A DNA stretch of 64,000 nt from Macrostomum lignano (Eukaryota): the NCBI GenBank assembly GCA_002269645.1, contig NIVC01000073.1, forward strand, positions 682,001-746,000. Reading direction: 5' to 3'. Both the position numbers and the translations under genes were made by a program. Of this stretch, positions 35,871 through 48,660 are shown in pieces. The notes below the pieces were generated by a model that saw only the letters and a list, made by a program, of their open reading frames with translations, had not been told where the DNA came from and searched no databases. Every line of letters begins with the position of its first letter. The first letter of the stretch is position 1.

Positions 35871-36409
35871 GTTCAAGTGACTGAGAAGTCACAAAAGTTG
35901 CGGTCTAAAATAGATTGATGCAACTTACAGACATCAGGTTTGTCACCCAGAATGCACACCAGCTGGTACATGGATGTACCGAAACCCGATCAAAAGGACA
36001 AATATTGTACTTTAAAAAAAGGCGAACAAAAAGTTAGCCAATAGGCCTCATTTTCTCCATCAGTTTTAATTGATAATTACAGAATTGTGCCTAACTAGCT
36101 GTTTGATGTCAGACATAGGGTGATATTGTTGTACTGAGCAACAAACCAGCAGTTAATCCAAGCGCACAAGCCCGGTAACTCGCAGTTTTTATGCAGCAAT
36201 TAGTTTTAATGCGGGACAGAGCAGCGTAATTGTTTCTTCGCCATGGGCGAGAGCATTAATCAGCCATGCCGGCTGCCAAGCAAATATCCAGGCCACAGCT
36301 GGATAGTATATTGATACGACACAGAATTTTCCTGTGTTTCAAATGTTTTGCTGCTGCATAAATTCTGCAAGTGCTCATTAAATATGACGCTTTAAAACAG
36401 TGGCAGTGG

Positions 36410-38380
36410 CCCAGCAACTGAGGATCTGGGAGGCTGGCCCAGCAACTGAGGATCTGGGAGGCTGGCCCAGCAACTGAGGATCTGGAAGGCTGGCCCAGCA
36501 ACTGAGGATCTGGGAGGCTTGCTCAGCAACTGAGGATCTGGGAGGCTGGCCCAGCAACTGAGGATCTGGGAGGCTGGCCCAGCAACTGAGGATCTGGGAG
36601 GCTGGCCCAGCAACTGAGGATCTGGGAGGCTGGCCCAGCAACTGAGGATCTGGGAGGCTGGCCCAGCAACTGAGGATCTGGGAGGCTGGCCCGAGGAACT
36701 GGGAGGCTGGCCCAGCAACTGAGGAATGAGGATCTGGGAGGCTGGCCCAGCAACTGAGGAATGAGGATCTAGGGGAGGCTGGCCCAGCAACTGAGGAATG
36801 AGGATCTAGGGGAGGCTGGCCCAGCAACTGAGGAATGAGGATCTAGGGGAGGCTGGCCCAGCAACTGAGGAATGAGGATCTAGGGGAGGCTGGCCCAGCA
36901 ACTGAGGAATGAGGATCTAGGGGAGGCTGGCCCAACAACTGAGAAATGAGGATCTAGGGGAGGCTGGCCCAGCAACTGAGGAATGAGGATCTAGGGGAGG
37001 CTGGCCCAGCAACTGAGGAATGAGGATCTAGGGGAGGCTGGCCCAGCAACTGAGGAATGAGGATCTAGGGGAGGCTGGCCCAGCAACTGAGGAATGAGGA
37101 TCTAGGGGAGGCTGGCCCAGCAACTGAGGAATGAGGATCTAGGGGAGGCTGGCCCAGCAACTGAGGAATGAGGATCTAGGGGAGGCTGGCCCAGCAACTG
37201 AGGAATGAGGATCTAGGGGAGGCTGGCCCAACAACTGAGGAATGAGGATCTAGGGGAGGCTGGCCCAGCAACTGAGGAATGAGGATCTGGGAGGCTGGCC
37301 CAGCAACTGAGGAATGAGGATCTGGGAGGCTGGCGCAGCAACTGAGGAATGAGGATCTGGGAGGCTGGCCCAGCAACTGAGGAATGAAGATTTAGGGGAG
37401 GCTGGCCCAGCAACTGAGGAATGAGGATCTGGGAGGCTGGCCCAGCAACTGAGGAATGAAGATTTAGGGGAGGCTGGCCCAGCAACTGAGGAATGAGGAT
37501 CTAGGGGAGGCTGGCCCAGCAACTGAGGAATAAGGATCTAGGGGAGGCTGGCCCAGCAACTGAGGAATGAGGATCTAGGGGAGGCTGGCCCAGCAACTGA
37601 GGAATGAGGATCTGGGAGGCTGGCCCAGCAACTGAGGAATGAGGATCTGGGAGGCTGGCCCAGCAACTGAGGAATGAGGATCTGGGAGGCTGGCGCAGCA
37701 ACTGAGGAATGAAGATTTAGGGGAGGCTGGCCCAGCAACTGAGGAATGAGGATCTGGGAGGCTGGCCCAGCAACTGAGGAATGAAAATTTAGGGGAGGCT
37801 GGCCCAGCAACTGAGGAATGAGGATCTAGGGGAGGCTGGCCCAGCAACTTAGGAATGAGGATCTAGGGGAGGCTGGCCCAGCAACTGAGGAATGAGGATC
37901 TAGGGGAGGCTGGCCCAGCAACTGAGGAATGAGGATCTAGGGGAGGCTGGCCCAGCAACTGAGAAATGAGGATCTAGGGGAGGCTGGCCCAGCAACTGAG
38001 GAATGAGGATCTAGGGGAGGCTGGCCCAGCAACTGAGGAATGAGGATCTAGGTGAGGCTGGCCCCGCAACTGAGGAATGAGGATCTAGGGGAGGCTGGCC
38101 CAGCAACTGAGGAATGAGGATCTAGGTGAGGCTGGCCCAGCAACTGAGGAATGAGGATCTAGGTGAGGCTGGCCCCGCAACTGAGGAATGAGGATCTAGG
38201 TGAGGCTGGCCCAGCAACTGAGGAATGAGGATCTAGGTGAGGCTGGCCCCGCAACTGAGGAATGAGGATCTAGGGGAGGTTGGCCCAGCAACTGAGGAAT
38301 GAGGATCTGGGAGGCTGGCCCAGCAACTGAGGAATGAGGATCTGGGAGGCTGGCCCAGCAACGAGGATCTGAGAGGCTGG
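36410..38380. repeat. 28/35/37-bp minisatellite (GGAGGCTGGCCCAGCAACTGAGG core)
   Basis: Unit length changes along the array; sister array at 45358-45710. Confidence 0.93.
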
Positions 38381-38859
38381 GGTAGTGTTTCCATTAAGCA
38401 TTGGAGGTTTAATGAAATCCTACTTTGGACAATAGGTGTACATTGTTGACTAACCTGCATGAACTTTAGTGTGGAAACTTAATTTTTGATGTCCAGATTT
38501 TTTGGTCGCTTTCTGAATTTTTAAAGGTTTACTTCAAATAATAAAAATAATAAATGTATAATTCTTGCCTTCGATGAGAATATATTTTTGCGTAATAATG
38601 CATAGGAATCGTTCAACACTGGAATTTTCAAGACTTCTCTCTTTTGGGACTGGATGATGAGCGCTGCGCCGTGTGGAAGCCCGCGTGACGCTCTGACCCC
38701 GGCATTCCGGCAAGCATCTGCGCTGTGTACAGACAGCATGGTTGAGACTGATCGGCGAGTGACCTACAGTACATATATGAATATAGCAGTATGATCCTGA
38801 GAACATGCGGCAGTTAATCATGTAAATTTGCAGACACGAATTCGCAAGTCAAATTATGT

Positions 38860-39395
38860 CTGTCAAACTGTGGAAGTCGAATTGAGGCTGTCAAATTGTG
38901 GCTGTCAAATTGTGGCTGTCAAATTGTGGCTGTCAAATTGAGGCTGTCAAATTGAGACAGTCTAATTCTGGCTGTCAAACTGTGGCTGTCAAAGTGAGGC
39001 TGTCAAATTGGGACTGTCAAATTGTGGCTGTCAAATTGTGGCTGTCAAATTGTGGCTGTCAAATTGTGGCTGTCAAAGTGAGGCTGTCAAATTGGGACTG
39101 TCAAATTGTGGCTGTCAAATTGGGACAGTCTAATTCTGGCTGTCAAAGTGAGGCTGTCAAATTGTGGCTGTCAAATTGTGGCTGTCAAAGTGAGGCTGTC
39201 AAATTGGGACTGTCAAATTGTGGCTGTCAAATTCGGGCTGTCAAATTGTGGCTGTCAAATTGGGGCTGTCAAATTCGGGCTGTCAAGTTGTGGCTGTCAA
39301 ATTGGGACAGTCAAACTGTGGCTGTCAAATTGGGACAGTCAAACTGTGGCTGTCAAAGCGAGGCTGTCAAATTGGGGCTGTCAAATTGGGGCTGT
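38860..39395. repeat. 14-bp minisatellite GGCTGTCAAATTGT
   Basis: Tandem array. Confidence 0.9.
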
Positions 39396-39934
39396 TCCAG
39401 AATTTCATGTCGCATAAAATTGCGATTGCAATTAGATTCACTACTTAAAGAAAAGCTTGTCCCCAATTAACTCATGACAAGTGTCTCATATCTTGGTATT
39501 TATTTTGCTAAGTGCTAACACTCTCATCTTCCATTAAAATTGGCTTCACTTGGATACAAAGGTTGACTACAATACAAAAATGTCCATTCGACCTACTGGG
39601 GCTGCTAGCGTGGGCGGTAGTTAATCGTGTTGCATTACCGACCGAAGCCACTTCAACACACTTTACTACAAAGTTAGAACCGGTTGAAGGTAAAAGTTCT
39701 CAGACACGCCCACGCAAGGTTTGTCTTGTTGCTAAATATACCAGCACACAGTTTGCACAAGTGCTAATCTGTTAATGCAATGCATTACAAGCTAGAAGCA
39801 AACAGGTTTTGGAGTTCCCAAATTCGATATTTTTGGCAGTGTTGATTCAGTTTGCACTGAATTATTGAACCAGTTGGCAATAAGAAAATGGAAGCTCAAC
39901 TATAATAAGAGTACCTGAAATCGGAGAATGAACG

Positions 39935-40375
39935 GAGCCAGGTGAATTGTAGTGAAAGTAAAGGGAGTGAGATGAATTGTAGGGAAATGAAGGGAGCAAG
40001 TGAATTGTAGGGAGAATGAAGTGAGCGAAGTGAGCTGTAGGGAGAATGAAGTGAGCGAAGTGAGCTGTAGGGAGAATGAAGTGAGCGAAGTGAGCTGTAG
40101 GGAGAATGAAGGGAGTGGAGTGAATTGTAGGGAGAATGAAGGGAGTGAAGTAAATTGTAGGGAGAATGAAGGGAGTTGAGTGAATTCTAGGGAGAATGAA
40201 GGGAGTTGAGTGAATTCTAGGGAGAATGAAGGGAGTTGAGTGAATTCTAGGGAGAATGAAGGGAGTGGAGTGAATTGTAGGGAGAATGAAGGGAGTGGAG
40301 TGAATTGTAGGAAGAATGAAGGGAGCGAAGTGAATTGTAGGGAGAATGAAGGGAGCGAAGTGAATTGTAGGGAAA
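39935..40375. repeat. 30-bp minisatellite
   Basis: GTGAATTGTAGGGAGAATGAAGGGAG.. units. Confidence 0.9.
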
Positions 40376-40741
40376 TTACAATGGAGGAAGTTATAACAGT
40401 GCCTTAGAACATAGTCAATATGTAGTTATACCGGTAGAGATGCTTAATCTAAAAATTAAGTGATTTTAAATTCCTGGCTGTGAACACAAATACAGCAACC
40501 AGTTTTAACTGATTAATGGTAAAAAAATCAAGCCATAGAAAAAAAGCTAAAAAAATTAAAGTGCACTAAATTCTGTGCTTGTTTGTAACATATTTTGAGG
40601 CTTTATATTAAAAATAAAGGATATAAAAGAATGACTTAAATAAGGACAGAATGTTCCGTCTAACTGACAAGAGAAAGTCAAATTTGAATTGCAAAATTTA
40701 TAAAAAACTAGCTATTTATAAACATTAAAATCGTCCCTGAA

Positions 40742-41240
40742 ATCAGTGACAACTGGCATCAATGACACCTGACATCAGTGACACCTGACATCAGTGACAC
40801 CTGACATCAGTGACAACTGACATCAGTGACAACTGACATCAGTGACAACTGGCATCAGTGACATCTGACATCAATGACACCTGACATCAGTGACACCTGA
40901 CATCAGTGACAACTGACATCAGTGACAACTGACATCAGTGACACCTGACATCAGTGACAACTGGCATCAGTGACATCTGACATCAATGACACCTGACATC
41001 AGTGACACCTGACATCAGTGACAACTGACATCAGTGACAACTGGCATCAGTGACACCTGACATCAGTGACACCTGACATCAGTGACAACTGACATCAGTG
41101 ACAACTGACATCAGTGACAACTGGCATCAGTGACATCTGACATCAATGACACCTGACATCAGTGACAACTGACATCAGTGACAACTGACATCAGTGACAA
41201 CTGACATCAGTGACACCTGACATCAGTGACAACTGACACT
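40742..41240. repeat. 16-bp minisatellite TGACATCAGTGACA(C/A)C
   Basis: Tandem array. Confidence 0.92.
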
Positions 41241-41929
41241 AACAAGCCAGTATTGACTCTTTTGATAAGAGACAGCCAAATCCAATATAAATCCAAAATA
41301 TGGAATTAAACAGAATTTGAGCTAGAATGACGACCTTATTATTTAAATTAGTTTAAAAAACTGATAAATTGTTATACAAACTAGAAGAGACCTGGCACTT
41401 ATTAAAATAAGTCTAGAAAATGGTTAAAACAGGGTACTGCTAAAAGTAAAAAATTTAGCATCAAGCACGATAGACGTAATAAAATAGAATTCGAAGTCTC
41501 CGTTACATAAAAATCATAGAAATGAAAATAGATTAAAGTATTAAATTAATATTACAATGCAAATAATTAAAACGACTAATAATGCAAAACGGAAACAACA
41601 ATAAGATAATGCATTGGATAAAAATACAACTATGCGCTAAATAGACTACTGAAAAGTAGAAAAATAATTATCTGCTTATAAGCTGGTAGATAAAAGTAAA
41701 TATCGGCTATCAATATCGAAGTGCCGTGAATTACTTCTTACTGATTAGAAAGTTTCAAAACAACAGAGTAAGTAAAAACAACTTTGTGCTATATTTTAGT
41801 TTCGAAGTTTTAATATTCCGAGGGGATCAAATGGATAATTCCATTAAAATTCTGCCAGAAGTGCAAAAATGAAGTTATGTAGCCAGAATGCTTGCTTTGA
41901 AATTCTTTACTTAATTAATTGTCTTTTGA

Positions 41930-42630
41930 TTGGCTTTATTGTCTATGGCCGAGTGCAGTTCTGTGGCTGTGGCTTTGATTGATAGGCTTTATTGTCGATG
42001 GCTGAGTGCAGTTCTGTGGCAGTGGCTTTGATTGACTTTATTGTCTATGGCCGAGTGCAGTTCTGTGGCTGTGGCTTTGATTGATTGGCTTTATTGTCGA
42101 TGGCTGAGTGCAGTTCTGTGGCAGTGGCTTTGATTGGCTTTATTGTCTATGGTCGAGAGTAGTTCTGTGGCAGTGGCTTTGATTGGCTTTATTGTCTATG
42201 GCCGAGTGCAGTTCTGTGGCAGTGGCTTTGATTGGCTTTATTGTCTATGGCCGAGTGCAGTTGTGTGGCAGTGGCTTTGATTGGCTTTATTGTCTATGGC
42301 CGAGTGCAGTTCTGTGGCAGTGGCTTTGATTGGCTTTATTGTCTATGGCCGAGTGCAGTTCTGTGGCAGTGGCTTTGATTGGCTTTATTATCTATGGCCG
42401 AGTGCAGATCTGTGGCAGTGGCTTTGATTGGCTTTATTGTCTATGGCCGAGTGCAGTTGTGTGGCAGTGGCTTTGATTGGCTTTATTGTCTATGGCCGAG
42501 AGTAGTTCTGTGGCAGTGGCTTCGATTGGCTTTATTGTCTATGGCCGAGTGCAGCTCTGTGGCAGTGGCTTTGATTGGCTTTATTATCTATGGCCGAGTG
42601 CAGCTCTGTGGCAGTGGCTTTGATTGGCTC
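41930..42630. repeat. 49-bp minisatellite
   Basis: TTGGCTTTATTGTCTATGGCCGAGTGCAGTTCTGTGGCAGTGGCTTTGA units. Confidence 0.92.
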
Positions 42631-42974
42631 GGTTCTTAATAACTTATTCATACTAGGCAACTAAATGGTGACTGTTTACTAGGAACTACTTTAAAATCGT
42701 CAAAAAATATATGCTTTTCATAGAATATATTATAATTAAATATATAATATTTAGTGCCATTTTAATTATGCCAGGACAATATTTAATTGACTTTAGTAGA
42801 TTTAACACAACAAAAACAATATAAAATTAATATAAAAAAACCAAGTAGTCAAAAAGACGCACAGAGGTCGTGGCCACGGCTATTTAACGAGGGATATAAA
42901 TGATTTAACGCACAAATAGTGCCACTAAGTCTATTATTGTATCTTTGGTGTCTGAGCACAGGTCTCAAACCAGC

Positions 42975-45900
42975 TCAGGACACGTGCATTGAGCTGCCAG
43001 CCACAAAGCCCTTAGTCCCGTAGCTTTTAGCATAGCAGCCGCGGCAGTAGACTTCGCCTTTGTGCTCGGACTCTCCGCCGGCTTCAAGCGGCTTGCCGCA
43101 GTCGGCGCACTTGAAGCAGCTTCGATGAAACACCCGGCCGCTGGCTTGCACGCGTTCGTTAAAGTACACGGTTGACTGGCAGCGGCTGCGCTTTTCTCCG
43201 CCACCGCCGAATTTGGTGGATAGAGCGGCGACGGAGGCCCCTCCAGCAGATGCCGATTGCTCCTGCTGCTGGCCTCTGATTAAAAAATGGTGACAGAGAT
43301 GGAAATCTGTTTAAGATGTAAGATAATCGTATTTTCTGCAAGCTCTGTTCAGTTCTGTACGCCGTTCCTGCGCAGTTCTGTACACTCCGTTTGTTCAGTT
43401 CTGTACGTTCTGTTCTCTACGCAGTTCTGTACACTCTGTTTGTTCTGTTCTGTATACTCTGTTCTGTACTGTACACTCCGTTTGTTCTGTTCTGTACAGT
43501 TTGTTCTGTACTGTACACTCTGCTCTTTACTTTCTTTGAACTTTTTTTGCTACGCAATTTCAAACTAAAATATTTAGTGCGTAGACATACCTCGTAACTT
43601 GACATCGTAACCTTGTAACTTTCAGATGCTAGGCTTAGCTTATCTTGTTTATTCAACCAAGAATGTATATTTTCAATAAATTACTGTTCTTAATTATTGA
43701 AAATTGGATCCTGATACCAATAAAAGTGTTGATAACATGCCATTAAATTGTCAGACAACGGTATCTGTTAAGCGTATTATCTTCAGAGTATAGAATTTGC
43801 TGATAATATAGGTTCTCACCAATACACTAACTATCATTTGACTAAGCTATAAAATAGCTTTTTAAAACGAAAAAATGCCAATAAAAAATTCATGCGTTTA
43901 GTAGCAATTATGTCGCAGAGCATCCATCACCTGTTAGATTATACATTTATACTAATTAATAAGCGCTACTAGCATAAAAATTAAACACTGATTAAAGTAT
44001 TAATTTTTTTTCATCACTTAATAATCACTCTGTACATGTACACCACAATAAACGCAGTCTCATTGTTTGGACTTCATCGCTTCTTCTCCCTTATAACTTA
44101 CTTCAACCGTCGATGCCAAAATTCCAATTCAGGCTCCAGCACAGTTCTGACGCTATAAAGTACATACAAAAATAACAAAAAAGTTTAATAATTAGCACTC
44201 TAGAAATGAATATTTCTACTCATAAGTAGTATTGTGGGGATGTTATGTTAAAAATAGATTATCCGAAAAATTCTTTAAAATACGGATTTTAAATAGAATA
44301 CAGGTGAGTATAGGGGACTGTTTGACTATACTAAAATGCAAGAAAAACAGAGAAGAACTAAAAGACTTCAGATCGAGAGAAGGCGCGCCCATTACACAGG
44401 GCGGGTTCCGGGATTAAATGGGTATAATATATTAAGGGCGTGGCCCAATCTCAAACTGCCACGCCCAACAAAGTAAATCTATCCAGACTAATTATGATTA
44501 TTACTGGTGGCCACTTTCGATGTCAAGGCCACACAGCTGCGTCAATAATCTATTAGTTTCCTTTATGTAGCTTTTCTTAAGGGAAACACGATACTTTTAC
44601 ATACGCTTGAATAGACAATGAAATGAGATTAACAATTTGTGCTTGTTCAAAATACAGAATGGAAATAGCGGGTAATAATAACAACGATTGATTACACCTG
44701 CGGACCTGCCCCATTCGGGCTAAGATGTGCAACCGACAGCCCAGCCGCAGCCATTGCGCGGCGCATCTGAAGGCTGCGTACGGCTGTTCAGTCCAAGGAC
44801 TGGGGAGGGGGGGGGGTCACCACACAGCCTCAATTACCCCAGCTTATGCTGGCACCCATTTTACAGCTGGGTGAACTGAAGCAATGCAGAGTTAAGTGTC
44901 GGTTGCTCAGGGAAACAAATTGTTTCTAGTGGGTCGGGAATCGAACCCCCGACCTATAAGTCGTGAGTCCGACGCTCTAACCACTAGGCCTCAACCCCCA
45001 GAATGCCAAATGAGACGCTTGATAGCAGCCTCACTGACTGCAGTGGTGCCATGGATGTAAAGCGGTTATAGCATTGCAAAGAAAGTTACTGCAATGCTAT
45101 AACTTTATACTTTCGACAACAAAGTAGACAAACAATACGTAACTGATACGATTCAAAACTACAATCAACTGTGCTATACATTTAATTTACTGCTTTGTGC
45201 TATTTAAGGAATTGCTAAAAACTTACTTTTCTATGACAAATCTGTGGATTAATTAATCGTTTATAACAGTACAGTGATACAAATAATAAGGAAAAATTAA
45301 CAATAAAAACTTCCATTAGAAACTGAAAGTATTCATAGTGTTTGGAAAGGCCGTCTAAGAACTGAGGATCTGGGAGGCTGGCCCAGCAACTGACACTCTG
45401 GGAGGCTGGCCCAGCAACTGACACTCTGGGAGGCTGGCCCAGCAACTCAGGATCTGGGGGGCTGGTCCAGAAACTGACACTCTGGGAGGCTGGCACAGCG
45501 ACTGAGGATCTGGGAGGCTGGCCCAGCAACTGACACTCTGGGAGGCTGGCCCAGCAACTCAGGATCTGGGGGGCTGGCCCAGCAACTGACACTCTGGGAG
45601 GCTGGCCCAGCAACTGAGGATCTGGGGGGCTGGCCCAGCAACTGACACTCTGGGAGGCTGGCCCAGCAACTGACACTCTTGGAGGCTGGCCCAGCAACAG
45701 AGGATCTGCGACTGAAACTGTTTCTGATCAATACCTGTCTGCTTTAAGTCAAGATTTATAAAACCTACAGTGTAGAAATAGATAAGGCATTCTAAAAGCT
45801 ATTAAAACAAAAACACATACAGTTAACTAGACTGAGGTCAGAATTAGCTGAAGCATCACAGAATGTTAATTAAGAACTTTAGGCAAGTGAAGCACTCACG

Positions 45901-46255
45901 GGTTTCCCTCGGACAGTAGCCCAGCCCCACCAGAGGCGTATCCGTAGCCTTTGGGGCCAAAATTTTTGCCATAGCAGACTCGGCAGTAGATGCTGCCATT
46001 GTGGTCATTGACAGTCGATGAGTCCAAAGTTTTGCTGCAGCTAGCTGTTGAATAGAAAATATTTAGTAACTATATTTATTTTTAGTATATGGAAGTCATA
46101 TATGATTATTTCACAGAAGCGCATACTGTAAAGATTTACTTACAGCACTTTAGACACAGTTTATGATAAGAATTATTCAGGCATTTCACCTCCTCAGCAA
46201 AGTAAACTTTTTGCTGACAGACTGGACAAGTTGGGGACACTCCAAATGTGGGCAT
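42975..46255 (-). CDS. CSRP-like: Cysteine-rich protein / muscle LIM protein family, two LIM domains, 4 exons, 200 aa
   Basis: Exons 46255-46144 ([30 protein letters not shown]), 46044-45900 ([26 protein letters not shown]), 44146-44102 (45-nt linker), 43275-42975 ([11 protein letters not shown]2..YGTKGF); 603 nt, phases 1/2/2 consistent. Confidence 0.92.
44675..45000 (-). mobile_element. tRNA-derived SINE with CORE-like central segment
   Basis: A box GGCCTAGTGGTT, B box GGTTCGATTCC, then CCTGAGCAA..CACTTAAC..CAGCTGTAAAATGGG, and a GTTGTTATTATTA tail. Confidence 0.75.
45358..45710. repeat. 28-bp minisatellite, sister of 36410-38380
   Basis: GGAGGCTGGCCCAGCAACTGA core, located in CRP intron 2. 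Confidence 0.9.
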
Positions 46256-48024
46256 TTTGACTAAACTGAAATATCAAATGGATTGTTAAAAACATTTTTA
46301 CTACTACAAATTAATGAATTGCGGTTGTGTCAAAGATGAAATTATGATGCAAAATTCTCCTAGAAACTCTGCTTCTATTATCAAAACCAACAATTGTTAA
46401 AATGAATAGAACCTGGCCTATGTAACCTGACCTATTAGCTTCCCAGGCATTCTGGTATCTTAGTTTCCTTACTAGTGCCTAACAGTTTTGTGTATAACAT
46501 TCATGGTAACATATATTTATATATAGCATAAATTTGTTGGACCAAGGCACTTGTCTTAATAATTCTCCAATTGCTTTCATATCATTAGTTTATAACTTGA
46601 GACCCTTGTATATTTAACACATTTTCATTGTTTTAGTTAGTGTGATGTCTGTGATGATAATATTTTATAGTTTCCTAGTTTGTTATTGCCTAGTATTTCT
46701 TGGCATTTCCTATTCTTTTATTAAGTTACAAACTCCCATATAAAAATTATTATTATTTGAATATAAATAACTCCCTAATTCAATAATATTTTGGAGAAAT
46801 GTTTGGCTAGTTGTTATCAATATATTTATATAAAAGTTGGCATATAAGACACTTTACTATTGGTATGAAATGGCTTTTAGTTTACTTGTACTTGTACTTT
46901 TTTTATTCACATTCTAGCATATTACATGTCATGATTTAGGCAGTTCCAAATCATTTTTGCTACTAATTTGGCTACTGGCAGATGAAGTGACCAGTAGAAT
47001 AAACAAAAAAGGAACTTAGGAGCAGACAAATTGAACAAATTTAAAAGATTAACAAGTTGTTAAATTTTGCATAAAAATTTGTAGAATATTTTAACTGATC
47101 CAGTTAATATATTTCATACATGCCATAGTCTAGATCATGACAAGCATATACTCATACTAAAATGAAAATTCAAGTTTTTTTTTCAATTTTAGACTGATGT
47201 AATTAAAAAAAACTGACATTAAGCATAAAATTGCTAATACACTAATTTTTTAAAGAATAATTTTTTTTGAAAGTTAAAGAGTTAAATTGAACATTAAAGT
47301 GTCTGTTTTTTGCTATAAATTATTTTTCTTTGTTTTAATTTTGTTTTCTTTATAAATTTTGCATTATTATTTTCTATTTTGGTTTCCACTTATTTTTAGA
47401 AAGATTTCTTTGATATTTAATTATACTTATAGACACTAAGCCTGAACTAGGCTATTTTTATACCAACTATGTACACTAATATTGAGCCTGAAAATTATAT
47501 AGTATACCAAGATTGTCAGCTAGGGCAAAATTTGTCTGAATTTTCTAGTGTAAATGCCACCTTCCAGAGTATAGCTTGTATATATACGGCTTATAACAGC
47601 TTAGAAAATAAAATGCTCATCCAGCTATTTCCAAAAATGTTTGCAAATTTGCTTGAGTTGAATTGAAATAGTCCATGTTAAATTAAAAAAATACAGTTGC
47701 CAAATAAAAAACAACTATAATGTCAAATGTCAATATCAGCCTTAAAGATAGGAAAACACATTATACTTTAATATAAAAGATTAACATTTAGTAGTTTTAT
47801 CCAATTAAAGAATAAAAGTTTTTCTCAAAGATAAACAAGCAACATGTGCATATATATGCAACCTTTTTGTAATTGAATCAATGCATTTGGAAATTCACAA
47901 AATGGCAAAAAATGGTTGCTAAACTGATGGGTAGATACAATAATTGTACTTAATTTCTATAAGCCTAGTTAAGGTAATGTTGCATAAAATTTGAAGACTA
48001 GTTCCTAATATTAACCCAATAAGT

Positions 48025-48660
48025 TTTGTCCTATATTTTGAACACTGAGTAGAAGGCAATCTGGAGGGTCTTACAAATGCTGGTGTTTGTGGCTGTTATT
48101 TTCACTGGACTCAAGCAGTTTGGTGCAAAGTCCAGAGCATTGGAACTCAACAGTCCTATCAAGAAGATGAAGGCATGCAAAAGTTTGTTTAAAAAATTAT
48201 GGCTTTGCCTTATTTGCCTGCAGACACTATTATGGCAGCCTTTGATAAGCTTCAGTCAGGAAATGCCATTGCAGCTGATGAATATCTAGTTGAGCTCTGC
48301 AATTATATTAGTAGCACCTGACTAATGGAGGACTATCAATGAACTCCAAGAGACATTTCTCTATTTGGCCAGCAAATACAAATACAAACCAAAAACAACT
48401 TAGAAGATTAGCATTATCACTTTAATTGCAAGGTGGGACAATGGAACCTGCACTGCTACCTATTGTTATATAATGAGGCTGCCCTAGTACCTCTTTAATC
48501 TAATCTGCTATCTAGATTCTAGAGGTATGCTTTGTCATGAGCAACAGAAGACATATAGAACTATTTAGTCCTATCTGTTCCATTGGCCTTATTGGACAGA
48601 GTTCAATTCTAGGAACCAAATGGTATAACAACTTCTTTGAGCCTGTGGTTGGCTATATAA
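48025..48660 (+). pseudogene. Fossil MULE/Mutator-type transposase
   Basis: FVLYFE..GCYFHWTQAVWCKVQ..*KIMALPYLP..ST*..*TP..QTKNNLED*H..LF..W..QLL*AC; stops at 48190, 48319, 48340, 48409. Confidence 0.8.

Noticed and set aside
44436-44466. GGGCGTGGC/GCCACGCCC inverted pair resembling DINE/HINE subterminal motifs
   Set aside because: Only 9 bp; no element boundaries identifiable.
44925-45000. tRNA gene on the minus strand
   Set aside because: A and B boxes are present, but acceptor and anticodon stems do not pair properly and it continues into a SINE body.
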